Assembly (NCBI RefSeq): GCF_009914755.1
Contig: NC_060927.1
Length of the DNA stretch: 64,000 nt
Strand: one strand, 5' to 3'
DNA from: the human T2T-CHM13v2.0 reference genome, Homo sapiens
Shown here: one piece after another, positions 1-13,567 of the stretch
How the letters are laid out: each line of letters starts with the position of its first letter
How positions within the stretch are numbered: the first letter of the stretch is position 1
The notes under the pieces: model-generated
Told to the model about the DNA's origin: nothing
Seen by the model: only the letters and a program-made list of their open reading frames with translations
Database searches by the model: none
Program-made: the position numbers and the translations under genes

Positions 1-551
1 TTCCCCTTTGTTGTCTTCTAGGAGGTTTACAGTTTTAGGTCTTCCCTGTAAGACTTTAATCCATTTGGAGTTAAGTTTTGTACATGGTGTGAGATAAGGG
101 TTCAATTCGATCTTTTGCATGCAGATAGCTATCCAGTTTTCCCAACATCTTTTATTGAAGACACTTTGTTTTTTGCCATTGTGTGTTCTTAGTGCCCTTG
201 TCAATAATTTGTTGACCATATATGTGTAGGTTTACTTCTGGGCTCTCTAATCTGTTCCATTGGTCTATGTGTCTGTGTTTATGATAATACCATGCTGTTT
301 TGATTGCTATATCTCTGTAATACAGTTTCAATTCAGGTAGGTGATGCATCCAGCTTTACTTTTCTTTCTCAAGACTACTTTGGCTATTCAGGATCTTTTG
401 AGATTTCTTGTCAATTTTAGGATTATTTATAATATTTCTGTAAAAATGCCATTGGGATTTTGATAGGAATTGTATTAAATTTCTAGATTGCTTTGTGTAC
501 TATGGACATTTTAACATTATTAACTCTATTAAACAGTATTAATTCCAATTC

Positions 552-718
552 TTTTTTTTTTTTTTTATGAGACAGAGTTTTGCTATTGTTGCCCAGGCTG
601 GAGTGCAGTGGCACCATGTTGGCTCACTGAAACCTCTGCCTCCCTAGTTCAAGCGATTCTCCTGCCTCAGCCTCCCAAGTACCTGGGATTACAGGCATGT
701 GCAACCACACCTGGCTAA
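552..718 (-). mobile_element. 5'-truncated Alu (right monomer only)
   Basis: polyT then GAGACAGAGTTTTGCT...CCTGGCTAA; 12-bp TSD TAATTCCAATTC at 540-551 and 719-730. Confidence 0.92.
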
Positions 719-849
719 TAATTCCAATTCATAAACAAGGGCTATCTTTCCATGTATTTGTGTCATCTGTAATTTTTTAAATCAATGTTTTATAGTTTTC
801 AGTGTACAGGAATTTTACCTGCTTGGATAATTTATTACAAAGTGCCATT

Positions 850-870
850 TGTGTGTGTGTGTGTGTGTGT
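850..870. repeat. (TG)n microsatellite
   Basis: Direct reading. Confidence 0.9.
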
Positions 871-1922
871 AGCTATTAGAAGTGGAATTGTTTTCTTGAT
901 TTTATTTTTGGAGTAGTTTGTTGTTAGTGTGTAGAAATACAATTGGTCTTTATAAGATGATTTTGTAACCTGCAACTTTATTGAATTTGTTTATTAATTC
1001 TAATAGCTTTTTACTGGAGCCTTTAGGGTTTTCTTCATGTAAGATCATGTCACCAGCAGAGACATTAACATCTTCTTTTCTGATTTAAATGCTTTTTACA
1101 TCATTGTTTTGCCTAATTGTGGTGGTGAGCGCTTCTAGTAACATGTTCCTGATATAGGGAAAAAGTGTTCAGCTTTTCACTGTTAGCAATAGCATGTCAT
1201 ATATAGCTTTTATTATGCTAAGGTAATTTCCTTGTATTCCTAGTTTACTGGGTGTTTTTATCATGAAAGAATGTTGATTTTTTTCAAATGCTTTTTCTGT
1301 CCCTATTGAGATAATCATGATTTTATTCTTCATTCTATTAATGTAGTGTATTATGTTTATTAATTTGCATACATTAAACCATCCTTGCATCTCAGGGATA
1401 AATATCGCTTGATCGTGTTGTAGCATTCTTTTAATTTGCTCTTGGATTGGATTTGTTAGTATTTTGTTGAAGATCTTTGCATCGATATTCATCTGTGATG
1501 TAAACCCGAAATTTTATTTTATTGTAGTGTGCTTATGGCTGTGTGAGAGTAATGCTAGCCTATAGTTTGAAATCGTTGCCTCCGTCTCATTTTTTTTGAC
1601 AATTTTGAGGCTTACCATTAATTCTGTAAATGTTTGATAGAATTTACCCATGAAACCATCTGGTCCTGGAATCTTCTTTGTTGGGAGTGTTTTGATTACT
1701 GATTCAGACTTCTTTATTTCTTATTGGTCTGCTCAAATTTTCTCTTTCTTCATGACTCAGTCTTTGTAGGTTGTATGTATCAAGGACTTCATCCATTTCT
1801 TCTAGGTTATCCAGTTGGCTGTTGTATAATTTTTCATAATAATCTCTTATAAGCCAGTACATTTCTTTAGTACCAGGTATAATTTCTCCTCTCTCATGTA
1901 TAACTTTATTTGCATTCTTTCT

Positions 1923-2160
1923 CTTGAGGCCAGGAGTTTGAGACCAGCCTGGGCAACATAGCAAGACCCTGTGTCTCAAAAAAAAAAAAAAAAAACTACC
2001 CAGGCATAATGGTGCTTGCCTGTAGCCTGAGGCACGTGGAAGGGTGAGGTCACTGCTTGAACCAGGAGGTTTAGTTTACAGTGAGCCATGATCACGCCCC
2101 TATCCTTCAGCCTGGGTGACAGAGTGAGACTCTGTCAAAAAAAAAAAAAAAAAAAAAAAA
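1923..2160 (+). mobile_element. AluJ-like, 5'-truncated
   Basis: TTGAGGCCAGGAGTTTGAGACCAGCCTGGGCAACATAGCAAGACCC, A-rich linker, diverged right arm, polyA tail. Confidence 0.88.
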
Positions 2161-2196
2161 GAGGAAGAAGGAAGAAGAAAGAAAGAGTGGGGGTGA

Positions 2197-2551
<355 letters not shown>

Positions 2552-5500
2552 TTGCCATTATTTTTTGTGCGTGTGATGAAAATGTCATGGTGAAATCATC
2601 CTCATGGAAAGAAATTCTCTGCAGGTTGCTAGGCAAGATTTCATTCAAAGATTTCAGCAGTTTATTAAGTTTCTACCCAAACTTGCTTCTACTTGTCACA
2701 AGCTGGAACTTTTTGGCTGAATGCCATCTAAAACTGTGGTTATTGTCTAGGTCCTGGTCTTTCCTTACTTGCTTCCACTAAACCATTGTTTCCAACTTCA
2801 GTCATTTACATACCACCACCACAGTTATTACTGGTTCTGCATACTATCTCTACTAAAGGTAATATTATTCTTTAAACTGACTCATTTTGGGGGTTTATCT
2901 GGATTTATTTTAAAATTAAGCTGCAGTAATATGTATAGATTGCTGTTATATATTTTTCTAATCTATTATTAAAATTAAAAATCCCAATATTCTACATAAA
3001 AACAGTGTGTATCACTGGGGATATAAATAGCACCCTTTGAGAATTAATGAAATGAAGCAAAGCACTCATTTTATTCCTCTTTCACTTTGTTAAGTCATTT
3101 GATATTAAAAACAATTACATGGAGCCGGTCATTCTTTGTGTATACGGGTAAAATGGAGCAGGATATAGCACATGCTGTGGAAATATGATCAAGCAAATAA
3201 GAAAAAAATATTAAACACCTGGTGTGTTCTAGGCACTACTGATCCTTCATTTAATAGAATTATTTATCTAGTGAATTCCTAAAGGTTATTTACATATTTG
3301 GGCGGCAAACCTAAGTGGCATTTTCACCAGTGCTGTTATGCTATTTAATTTTTCTGTTCTTTCTAAACTCAGTGTGCCCAGGTAGAAGAAAGCCTGAACT
3401 TAACTTTGTAAGAACAAGCTAGTATCTTCACTCCCTAAGTCATCGCTTGTTCCCTTATTATTTGCTTCCTAGAGCTGAATCTAGGGTATGCCTAGATAAG
3501 ACTGAAAAAGGAGTGTGGCATTTGATGCACTGACATCTTCCACACAGTCAACATTTCAGTATGGATAAACCTTTGTGAATCAGGGCAGTATCTCACCCTG
3601 GATATCAGATGGCAGGTTCTAATAGTCTTCACTAAATAATTATGTTCGGTGATGAGCTCATTTTAAATGAAGAAAATGTGTCACATGGTCACTTTTTTCT
3701 TGAAGAGTAACACCCTATAATAAAATAGAAGTCCCAGTATTTCAAAGCCTTTAGAAAATCTCTTTTACTCACTCCCCTCATTTGAATACTTGCCTAAGAA
3801 ACAAAAATGGAATTTTCTTAGTGGTATTGTGTTCCTTTAAAGAAAATCTCATATATAGAAGTTAGAATTTCATAAATATAAATGATTGCATTGCCAAGAA
3901 ACTTCAAGATCCATTCTGAAAATCTGCTTATAGCAAGTACCCTCCCCATTTGTTCATATAATTCTCTTCAGGAAGGGACAAATTGCATAATATATTGTAG
4001 TTGGAGTTTATTACTCTTTAAGTTTTGGCAAATGTATTAAGCAAATGTTCACTAATACCTTTTAACCAATACTGGATGGCTTATCATTGTTTGGATTGGA
4101 ATTGAACTTAGATTTTTCTTTGGTTTTTTTTTCTAGATACATATATTGGAAATTTGTAGTCAATTTTTTTTACTGTTTTTACATTTTGCATGTAAATATC
4201 CCAAACATCCAGGAAACAGTATTTTTCTTCATGAAATAAGTATCTGGACTCTGAATTTCATTTTAGCTTATTGTCTATTTCCAATCAATACATTCTAGAG
4301 AGTCTATTCACAGGAAAACCTGATATATATATCGCATTTCCTGACTTCACTATGCACAGACCATATTTCTTCTTGACATGTTACTATTTGTTAATTACTT
4401 ACTATTATTCTTACACATCACTCTTTCGTAATTTCTAATCTTTCTCTCTTATAGGACCCAGTGGCTGTCTTGATGTCTCACAGCAGGAAGAGACTCTCTC
4501 AAATAGGTGTACACATGGGGAGAGAGAGAGCAAGGAGACTGAGATACAATCAGCCACCAGCAAGTTGTCTTGATTTTCTGAATGGAGCGTGGTAGCATGT
4601 TATAGAGTCCAAGGAATTTGCCAAATCCGTGTGAGAAGATTTGCCTCTCACATGTGAGAGAATTTTTTGAGAAAAAAAAGATCCTGACCCCGTCCCTCTG
4701 CCACCACCCGAGTGAGGAAGACTGACAGAGCACATTGGCTTGCTGTGGAGACAAGATCAGGGAAAGCGCCCCTGAAAAGAAAGCATTTTGGAAGTCCTGA
4801 AGGTGGAGAAGGTAATCAGTCATGTGAAGAGACAAGAGGAAGGGTATAAGCTAGTTAGAAATTAAGGATAGGATGAGGAAAGAAGGGAAGCAAGATCCAG
4901 ACCACATAAGCGCCTTAGAGGTCATAGAAAGGAGTTCAGATTTTAAACAAAATGTGTAAAAATGAAATTTGGCAAGAGTGGAGTCACCGAGAAAGGACAG
5001 AGCCAGGCACTCGTGAATTAATATTGAAGTTCAGGGTAATAGAAGGGTGTGAGATGTTTTTTTGGAGGATTTGTTGGATAAATTAGATATGTGGAGTTAC
5101 AGAAAGGGATGAGAAAAGACTCACTTTTTGATTATCGTTCCTAATCTCTATCCCTCCCTACAGGAGATTTAGAGGAAGAGTGATAAATCAGAAGTCTTCG
5201 TCCAAGAATTAGCTTTGCACCATCTACAGACCTAAGCAGCTGCAGGTATGATTTGTTGATAGAGTTGACACTATCAGATGAATACAGACCCATGACCTTT
5301 AAATACAATTTCATCATTTATTTAAAAACTACTTTCTTGAATGATTGAACTTACTTATAGTAAAAAAGTAAAAAGAAAACTATCATCAAAAGGATATTGG
5401 TCACTGGGTTGGCTTCTCATTGGTAAGTGTGAGGTTTTGAGAGTGTTATTTGGTGACAACATCAGCACAGGCAGTTGTGTCTCAGATCTGGAGAGTAAAG

Positions 5501-6829
5501 TAACTCATGTTGCTTATGATTTACACCACGTCCACAGTGCACCAGCAGAGGTTACCATGCACACTCCCAAAGTCACTGAGGGGACTAATACAAATACTTA
5601 TTCCTTCTCCTTCAGATCCTGGCTGCCTACAGTTATTTTTTCCTTGCTTCAATCATATACAGTGCACCCACTCAGAGCAATTAATTATCTTTGGCTCTTT
5701 TAAAATTACTCTCCAATCAAGTAAATATAAAAAGACAGAGTGTTACAAAAAATAAATCCTATCTGGTCCTCTCATTAGCTAGCAATTGCATAAACAGAAT
5801 ATGATTTGCTCTTTGGACATGAATTTAGCAGATATGGAGTCATGCTGTCTCTAAGCTATTCTGATAAAAGTCTTGTTCTTTTTCTGGATTTTATGATGTC
5901 ATATAATAATCTTTTAATTTATTGTTTCCTCAGCAAATGGTACCACAGCCATTGTGCAGCCCAGATGCATGATTCTACTTAAATTTTTTAAAAGTGTCCG
6001 CCTCCAAGGTTATGTGACCTTGTAGATACATTTGATTCTCAGGAACATTGCAAAATTCCATAAAAATAATTTAATTAAGGTTTAAAGTATTACAGTATTC
6101 TGAAGATAGTGATAGGTAATAGAGAGAGGAATAAAACTTTACTTATACTAGAACAAATAGCTAGAAATATAGGTGTTTTTCGTCATGAATTTAGTGTTGG
6201 CTTTCACTCTACTGACAACATTTTCCTCCCAAGACTGATAAAAATATAAAGCATTCTCTACACCTGAGAAATGACGACAAAAAGGGAGACGGTCAGAATG
6301 AACTGGATATTACTAGTATTAGTAGTAATACTACCATTAATGTTTAGCAATTAATAATTTATAATACTGTTTTTACCCTTATATTAATGAAACTTATGTT
6401 AAGTAACTTGACCTAGCTCACATAGCTTGGGAATCTGCAATCAGGATTAGAACAGAATTTTAAACTCTATACTTTTCTCAATATGGCATCTGATTTCCAA
6501 AGTTAGCTACGATAGTCAATAAACAATTAGAAAAGTTGTCTCCATCATCTTTTGGCATCAGTTTTTTTTTGTTTTTCCTGTGGTCACTGTTACCCCCACT
6601 ATTGCCTAAGATTGAAAAGCAGTTAGGAATAAAGCTTGTTCCCAACTTTGAATTGTCCAGTTGACAAAGCTGAGACCTGAGTTGAGTGTAGAAAAGAACT
6701 AACCCTGTTGCTGCTATCATCATACTTTCAACTGTAGAATTGGGATCAGATCCGATGTACTTATAGTAGGATCATGAACAGCATGTTAGAGCTGGAGTTG
6801 TGCACAGAAGCCAACAAATCTGATCCCAT

Positions 6830-7260
6830 CAAAGTAGGCATGGCTGTAATTTGCTTTGCAAATAACAAATAATAGGATAAAACAATTCATCAGTAAAAGG
6901 GGAATCGATGAGAATGCATAATTAAGGAGCAGATTTCAATCTAGTTGGATTCAAAGGCTCAAATGGTGTCATCAGAATTCGGCCTCTTTCTCTCTCTCTC
7001 ATCTGTTTTTGTTAGTTCTCTGGCAGCTCCAGGTTTACATCTTCACAGCATCAAATTAAACATTTACTCTAGAAAGTAAAATTACTAGCTTTGATTTGAA
7101 GTACTTGGGTTAAATACTGAACCTACAACTAATTACTGATTTACACATCCATCGGCGATCTTGCCCCCACCCAAACCACGTGGGAAGAGAGTGGAATGAG
7201 AAGTGGGTTCCTAATGAGCACAGAGGACTCATTTCTTTCAAGAAGGACAGCCGGATGTAT
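6830..7260 (-). mobile_element. Old MaLR LTR remnant (MLT1K/L-like)
   Basis: GGATTCAAAGGCTCAAATGGTGTCATCAG and TGGCAGCTCCAGGTTTACATC resemble old MLT1 consensus; highly diverged. Confidence 0.5.
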
Positions 7261-7503
7261 TCAGAAGAAGCCCTGGAGTCTACATATGGCCAAGGAGAAG
7301 TTGAGAGGGAGCAGGAACCAGTATCCAAATTAGAACTGTAATATTCCCACTAGTTTTCTCTCCTCGACACCTCACAGCTTCTATGGAGAATATTACAAGG
7401 TTGGAGGTCCCCACATCGTCACCTAGATGGCCTTTTCCAATTTTCCTTGGGATACAGAAAATGAAGGAAATTGATGTTCTGCAGGACAGGCTATGTGGTA
7501 AAG

Positions 7504-7715
7504 CAGGGGTATCTAAACTTTCGGCTTCCCTGGGCCACATTGGAAGAAGAAGAATTGTCTTGGGCCACACATAAAATACACTAACACTAACGATAGCTGA
7601 TGAGCTAAAAAAATTTTTTGTAATATTTTAAGAAAGTTAATGAATTTGTGTTGGGCTGCCTTCAAAGCCACACTGGGCTGCATGTAGCCCTTGGGCTGCA
7701 GGTTGGACAAGTTTG
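7504..7715 (+). mobile_element. MER30 (hAT-Charlie non-autonomous DNA transposon)
   Basis: GGCTTCCCTGGGCCACATTGGAAGAAGAAGAATTGTCTTGGGCCACACATAAAATACACTAAC...GGTTGGACAAGTTTG; perfect 8-bp TSD TGGTAAAG at 7496-7503 and 7716-7723. Confidence 0.93.
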
Positions 7716-8741
7716 TGGTAAAGAAATATGGATAAAGTATGAATTGTGCAAAGTTGTAAATACGCTTGAACTAGATTTAACTCACAAAGGAACCTTTTTC
7801 AGTCTACCCTTCTGATAACACTGACCTTCCTCTAATAGAAAGGTTACAGCTTTCAGTTAGATGACACATTTTTTTTCCAGAGGGTTAGGGATAAACATAA
7901 CTTTTTTTCAAACCTATCTCAGCTTTTTACTATCTATCTTGAACCAATAAAATAATCAAGATTGTGGCAAGGACGATGCAATCCCTCTTTCCTTATCACA
8001 TTCAGCATTGTGTCTCCTATGTCTGTCTCTTTTCTCCCTGCAGTTTCTGAGTCTCCGTGCTTCAGTTTCATGTGTCTGTCTTCTGAGGAGGTCATCTGCC
8101 AAGCTACATCATGGCAGACCTAATGATAGGCTTTATTACTCTTTTCTGGCAGCTGCCTGTGCTTTCTTTCCTTTGTGGGGCAAGGAGGAGGTTCATTCTC
8201 ACCCTGTGTTCTCTGCTTATCAATTCTACGTAAGAGAAGATGGCAGGAGAAAAGCAGGCAGTGTAGTGTATGTCATTCTATTAACAGGGGAGGCAGGAGT
8301 AAAAACAAAAGTAAATCTTCCCTCAATTCTTAATGTTCCCGAATCCACAGTGGATTGTTTTAGCACTGTGGAGATCCCTACTAGGTGCCCTTGTTCCAAA
8401 TTCTAACCATGAAAGATCAGTTATAAGCCAGCTTTACTAGCCAGTTTTATTCCAATGATTTTGCTTACAAAATGGTTCCAGGTTTCTAGTACATAAGTTA
8501 TATCTGATTAGAAGTGAACTGTCTGCAATGAAATATAGATATTTCATATTTGGTTTGGGAAAATCTAAATAAATCAGGTAGCTATGACCTACTTTCTCAG
8601 AGGATCCAAACCATCAGCCCTGGGGCCACTATGAAAGCTTGACCATTTCACATATAGTCAACGGAGTCAGATATTGGCATCATTCATTTGAATCCTTGTT
8701 TAAAAGTATTATTATACATTTACAGTGATCAAAATAATATA

Positions 8742-9075
8742 ATGGTTTGTTGTATCTTCCAAAAATGGCCAGAGGAATATTATCCACCTTTTTCCTAAGT
8801 GTTGGCACTTCCCCATCAAGACATGAAGTCTCTATCGCCCTCTCTTAAAACTAAACTTTGGCACTTCTCGATCAAGACATGAAATCTCTATCCTTTTCTC
8901 TTGAAACTAGATGGGCTTTTGTCAATCTCTCAATGAATAGGTGAAGCAGAAGTAGCTTTTTTGACACTAGGTATGATGTTTGACACTAGGACATAAAGGG
9001 TAATACAGCTTTCTCCTGAACTTCTTCTTGGGACACTTGCCATTAGAGCCCAGACATCATTTGGTGAATAAGCTT
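8742..9075 (+). mobile_element. MLT1G/H-like MaLR LTR fragment with internal tandem duplication
   Basis: CTTCCAAAAATGGCCA...CCCATCAAGA...GCAGAAGT...CTAGGACATAAAGG resembles MLT1G/H; 56-bp-period duplication at 8802-8909. Confidence 0.6.
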
Positions 9076-9208
9076 GGACAAAAAGTCTGGGACAGTAAAT
9101 AATTGGACCAGGTTTAGCTGATTTTTAAAACCAACGAAAAGATGTTAATATCATGAATTAGAACTGATATTCTGGGGAAAATATTAAACTCCCCTATTAA
9201 GGATAAAT

Positions 9209-9436
9209 TTTCCTTCCTCCCTCCCTCCCTTCCTCCCTTGATCCCTCCTTCCCTCCTTTTTTTCATTCCTTCCTTCCTTCCCTTCTTTCTTTCCTTCCTT
9301 CCTCCCTCCCTCCCCCTTCCTTCCTTCTTCCCTCCCTTCCTCCCTTCCTTCCCTCCTTCCTTCCTTCCCTCCCTCATTCCCTCCTTACCTCCTTCCTTCC
9401 CTCTCTATTTCCTTCACTACTTCCTCCTTCCTTCCT
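9209..9436. repeat. (TTCC/TCCC)n pyrimidine-rich low-complexity tract
   Basis: About 230 bp almost purely C/T. Confidence 0.95.
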
Positions 9437-10148
9437 CATCTGCCAAGCTGAACACTTTTTTTGCTAGAAATACAGGAAATAAACTGCTTCACCAAAGTCC
9501 CACTTTCTCCTAGGTGTGTGTAGGACAACTTGGCATAGGACCAAAGTGGCCTGAAAGAGTTAAAGAATCATCCCCAAGATGTATTTCACAATAGATACAT
9601 TTTATCATATCTTAAAGCATCATAAATATGTTATTTAGTTGGTGAAAATATGCATATTTTCTCCTCTGCTTATTTCTTGATAGAGTTCATGGCTATCCTG
9701 TCTTCTTCTGACCCTTTTTAAACTTCAGTAAATGTCTATGTGCATTACTGTGAAATCTCCAAAAGACTGTTTGTAACATTTTCTCAAAATAGCATTTTCT
9801 GTAAGGATCATCCATTTATCCATCCATCCATGAATTAGTACACTTAACCCATATGTGTCAAGTGTCCATTAGGTACAGGGTACTGGGGATCCAAAGTTAG
9901 GAGTTAGAAGACTTGCCCTTACAAATATCAGAGTCTCATGCGAGAGATAGAAAAGCAAACATATAAATTAATTGATTAATTAATTCAACAAACATTTATC
10001 AAGCTCCTACTGTATTTCCAGGATTATGACAGACTCCGGAGTTCACAGCAATAAGAAAGGTAGATACAGCCTTTGTCTTATAGATAAGGGATTAGGATAG
10101 AAAACCAAATACAAAATCCAATAAAGAGTTTAAAGAAGATCTTCTAAG

Positions 10149-10375
10149 AAACGGTGTCAATCCTTTGGCTTCCCTGGGCCACACTGAAAGAAGAAGAATT
10201 GTCTTGGGCCACACATAAAATACACTAACACTAATGATAGTTGATGAGCTAAAAAAAAAAAAAAATTGCAAAAAAATCTCATAATGTTCTAAGAAAGTTT
10301 ATGAATTTTTGTTGGGCTGCTTTAAAACTGTCCTGGGCCACATGTGGCCTGCAGGCCATGGGTTGGACAAGCTTG
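10149..10375 (+). mobile_element. MER30 (second copy)
   Basis: Same core as 7504-7715, ends GGTTGGACAAGCTTG; TSD degenerate. Confidence 0.92.
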
Positions 10376-10978
10376 TCCTAAAGGAAGTGAAGTATTAGCT
10401 GAAACCTGTGGACAAATTGGAGTGAGCCAGGTGAAGGCAGATTTAGGAAGAGAGTACAAGTTAAGAAGGGAAGCAGGTGTGAAGATCTAGAGGCGAGGAA
10501 GAGAATGGTATGTGCATTTGAAAAACCAAAAGAAGTTCAGTAAGGGAAGGATGAGGCCTGGATGGAGATGATGGCGAGAAATAAGCCTGGAAAAGCGGGC
10601 CGTCTCAAAGGTAAAGGGAAACCATTGAAAAGATGAAGCACCCTGGGAATAATGAGATAATTCTATGTAGACTCTTACGACTGCAAGATGATGAATAAAT
10701 CTTCATGGAGCAGGCTTAGAATCAGGAGCCCTGTGAGATGGCTGTAGAGACAATCTTGGACAAAGGTCATGATGGTTAGTATGAGGATGGTGACAGTGAT
10801 GAATAAAAGTGTACATGTTTAAAATCTGGAGTTATAATATGTAGGGCATTTTTATTTGATGGGTTAGATGTCAAGGATGGAAACATGAAGAGTCAGAATA
10901 AATTCCGGGTTTCTAGACTAGGCAACAGGGAAGGTTGTCATGCCACTGAAGGCGAACCCTTCCTTAGGAAGGAGATTG

Positions 10979-11381
<403 letters not shown>

Positions 11382-13101
11382 TCAAGTTATAGTCAATAGA
11401 GACAAGTTGGAAGTTCAATATATATATATCTGGAACTCAGCAAGAAAAAAATGGACTAAAGCTAAATATCGAGGAACTATCAACATGTAGAAGATGATAA
11501 TAGAAGCCCTGAGAGTAGTAAATATATAAGGTCAGAGAAAAAGGCCTGGTGCAGAATGAGAAAGAAAACTAAGTTTTAGGGGCGATGTTGGATATCTAGA
11601 TAGACTCACTGGGGAAAAGAAACCAGGAGAATGTGGAACCTAAGAAACCAAACACATTGCAAATATTTATATATTTAGAAAAAATATACCTAAGTTTTGG
11701 GAGTATCATCTGGCAGACGTTGAGAACTTTGGACTAACCTAAGGTAGTGGCATTGGTGACGAAGAAGAGAAAACATGCACTTGGGAGATAAAGTGGGCCG
11801 GGCTTGGAAATGAATGGTTTCTAAGGATAAGGGAGGAGTAAGGTAGTAATTCCCTGTTTGTTCCAGGCATCAAGGGCAATTGTAGAGGCTTCCCCACCAG
11901 TCAAGTCTTACGAGGGTTTATTCACACTGAGTGTTTAAAGAACACACAGGCAGGATGTCTATATATCTTTGTGTGTCTTAAAAAGAGTCTGTTTTTAACA
12001 CAGTGAGTTCTCACTGTGTGACCTTTGCAATGTACAAAGAACTACACAGTGAGATACTTGCAGGTGCTTTCTAGAAAGGGATTGACAACTCTGCAGGTCT
12101 CCAGATGACACATTTCCTGACTATTCTTAAGTTGGCTTTGGGGGTTACCTCCATAAGAATACACCTGTTCTGCTTTCTCCTGACAACCAAAGACAAAACG
12201 ATTATTCGAGATTCCTCCACAAAATGCATCCTTGAGATTTAATTTTTTAGTTGGCTATGAACTAACTTGATCCAAAACGGAGGGGAGTATTCTGAAATTC
12301 TTACAACCTTCAGCCTGGTTATTACTTAGGGCAGGCACGAGATGTCTTCCTTCCTTCTTTCTTTCCTTCTTCCCTTCTCCCCCACTCCCCCCGCTCCTCA
12401 CCCCCTTATCTCTTCTCTACCTCTGGACAATCGACAATCATAGCTTAATGTTCTAATATCAAAGGCTTAAGAAAATAAGACAAACCAGAGGAGAATACAA
12501 GCTCTACATGCATAGAGAGATAATAGAAGGCTCCTGGCCTGCAGAGCCAAAGAGCAGGACACTGCCTGCGGCAAGGTCTCCTTGTGTGCAGGTAGGAGAC
12601 TTATTAATCTGTTGCTACCCAAGCACCTAAAGCTTTTAGCACCCTTGGATAGAACTGATGCAGCTTTAAAGACAGCATCACTTAAACATTCTCTTTGGTC
12701 AGTTAAGCCGGAAAATGGGTTAGCAACTAAGCACATAAAATGTTCTAACCTGTTTGTGTATAAAAGTCAACATTATATTCATCTGGATTTTAAGAAGCTG
12801 AGAAATTGCTTTATCACTAGACACTCAGAAAGCTGAGCAAATGATTACTTCCACAAATGACAGGTAGTCTATGTTCACTCACTTTAGTATTATTTCACTT
12901 CTGGACTGACTGTAAATCTTTTGTCCTCTGGATCAGTGTCTATTTTTTCATCAGAACAAATCACACTAACATTTTAATGAAAATGAGCAAAAAACATTGT
13001 ACACATTTTCTTTTCATTATCCATAATCCATTTTATATATTTACTGCAAATAGCCTTACAGTAAACATGTCATAATTTTAATGAGTCACATGTGTTGCTA
13101 A

Positions 13102-13567
<466 letters not shown>

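Larger units (their letters stand above)
1..1922 (-). mobile_element. Old L1 (L1M-type) ORF2 fragment, decayed, interrupted by a truncated Alu
   Basis: Minus-strand ORFs give L1 ORF2 peptides: 1169-1492 [12 protein letters not shown]...QGWFN...EKAF (RT domain), 152-349 [24 protein letters not shown], 1704-1979 IRDYYEKLY..LDNLEEMD. Confidence 0.92.

Noticed and set aside
9114-9513. G/R/K/E-rich and P/S/F/L-rich ORFs
   Set aside because: They are translations of the (TTCC)n tract on each strand.
7504-10375. MER30 pair as a segmental duplication or composite transposon
   Set aside because: The flanks are unrelated and the first copy has its own 8-bp TSD, so these are independent insertions.
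12009-12054. Calling the hairpin a microRNA gene
   Set aside because: The stem is short (about 46 nt total) and matches no miRNA I recognise; it is kept only as a structural observation.
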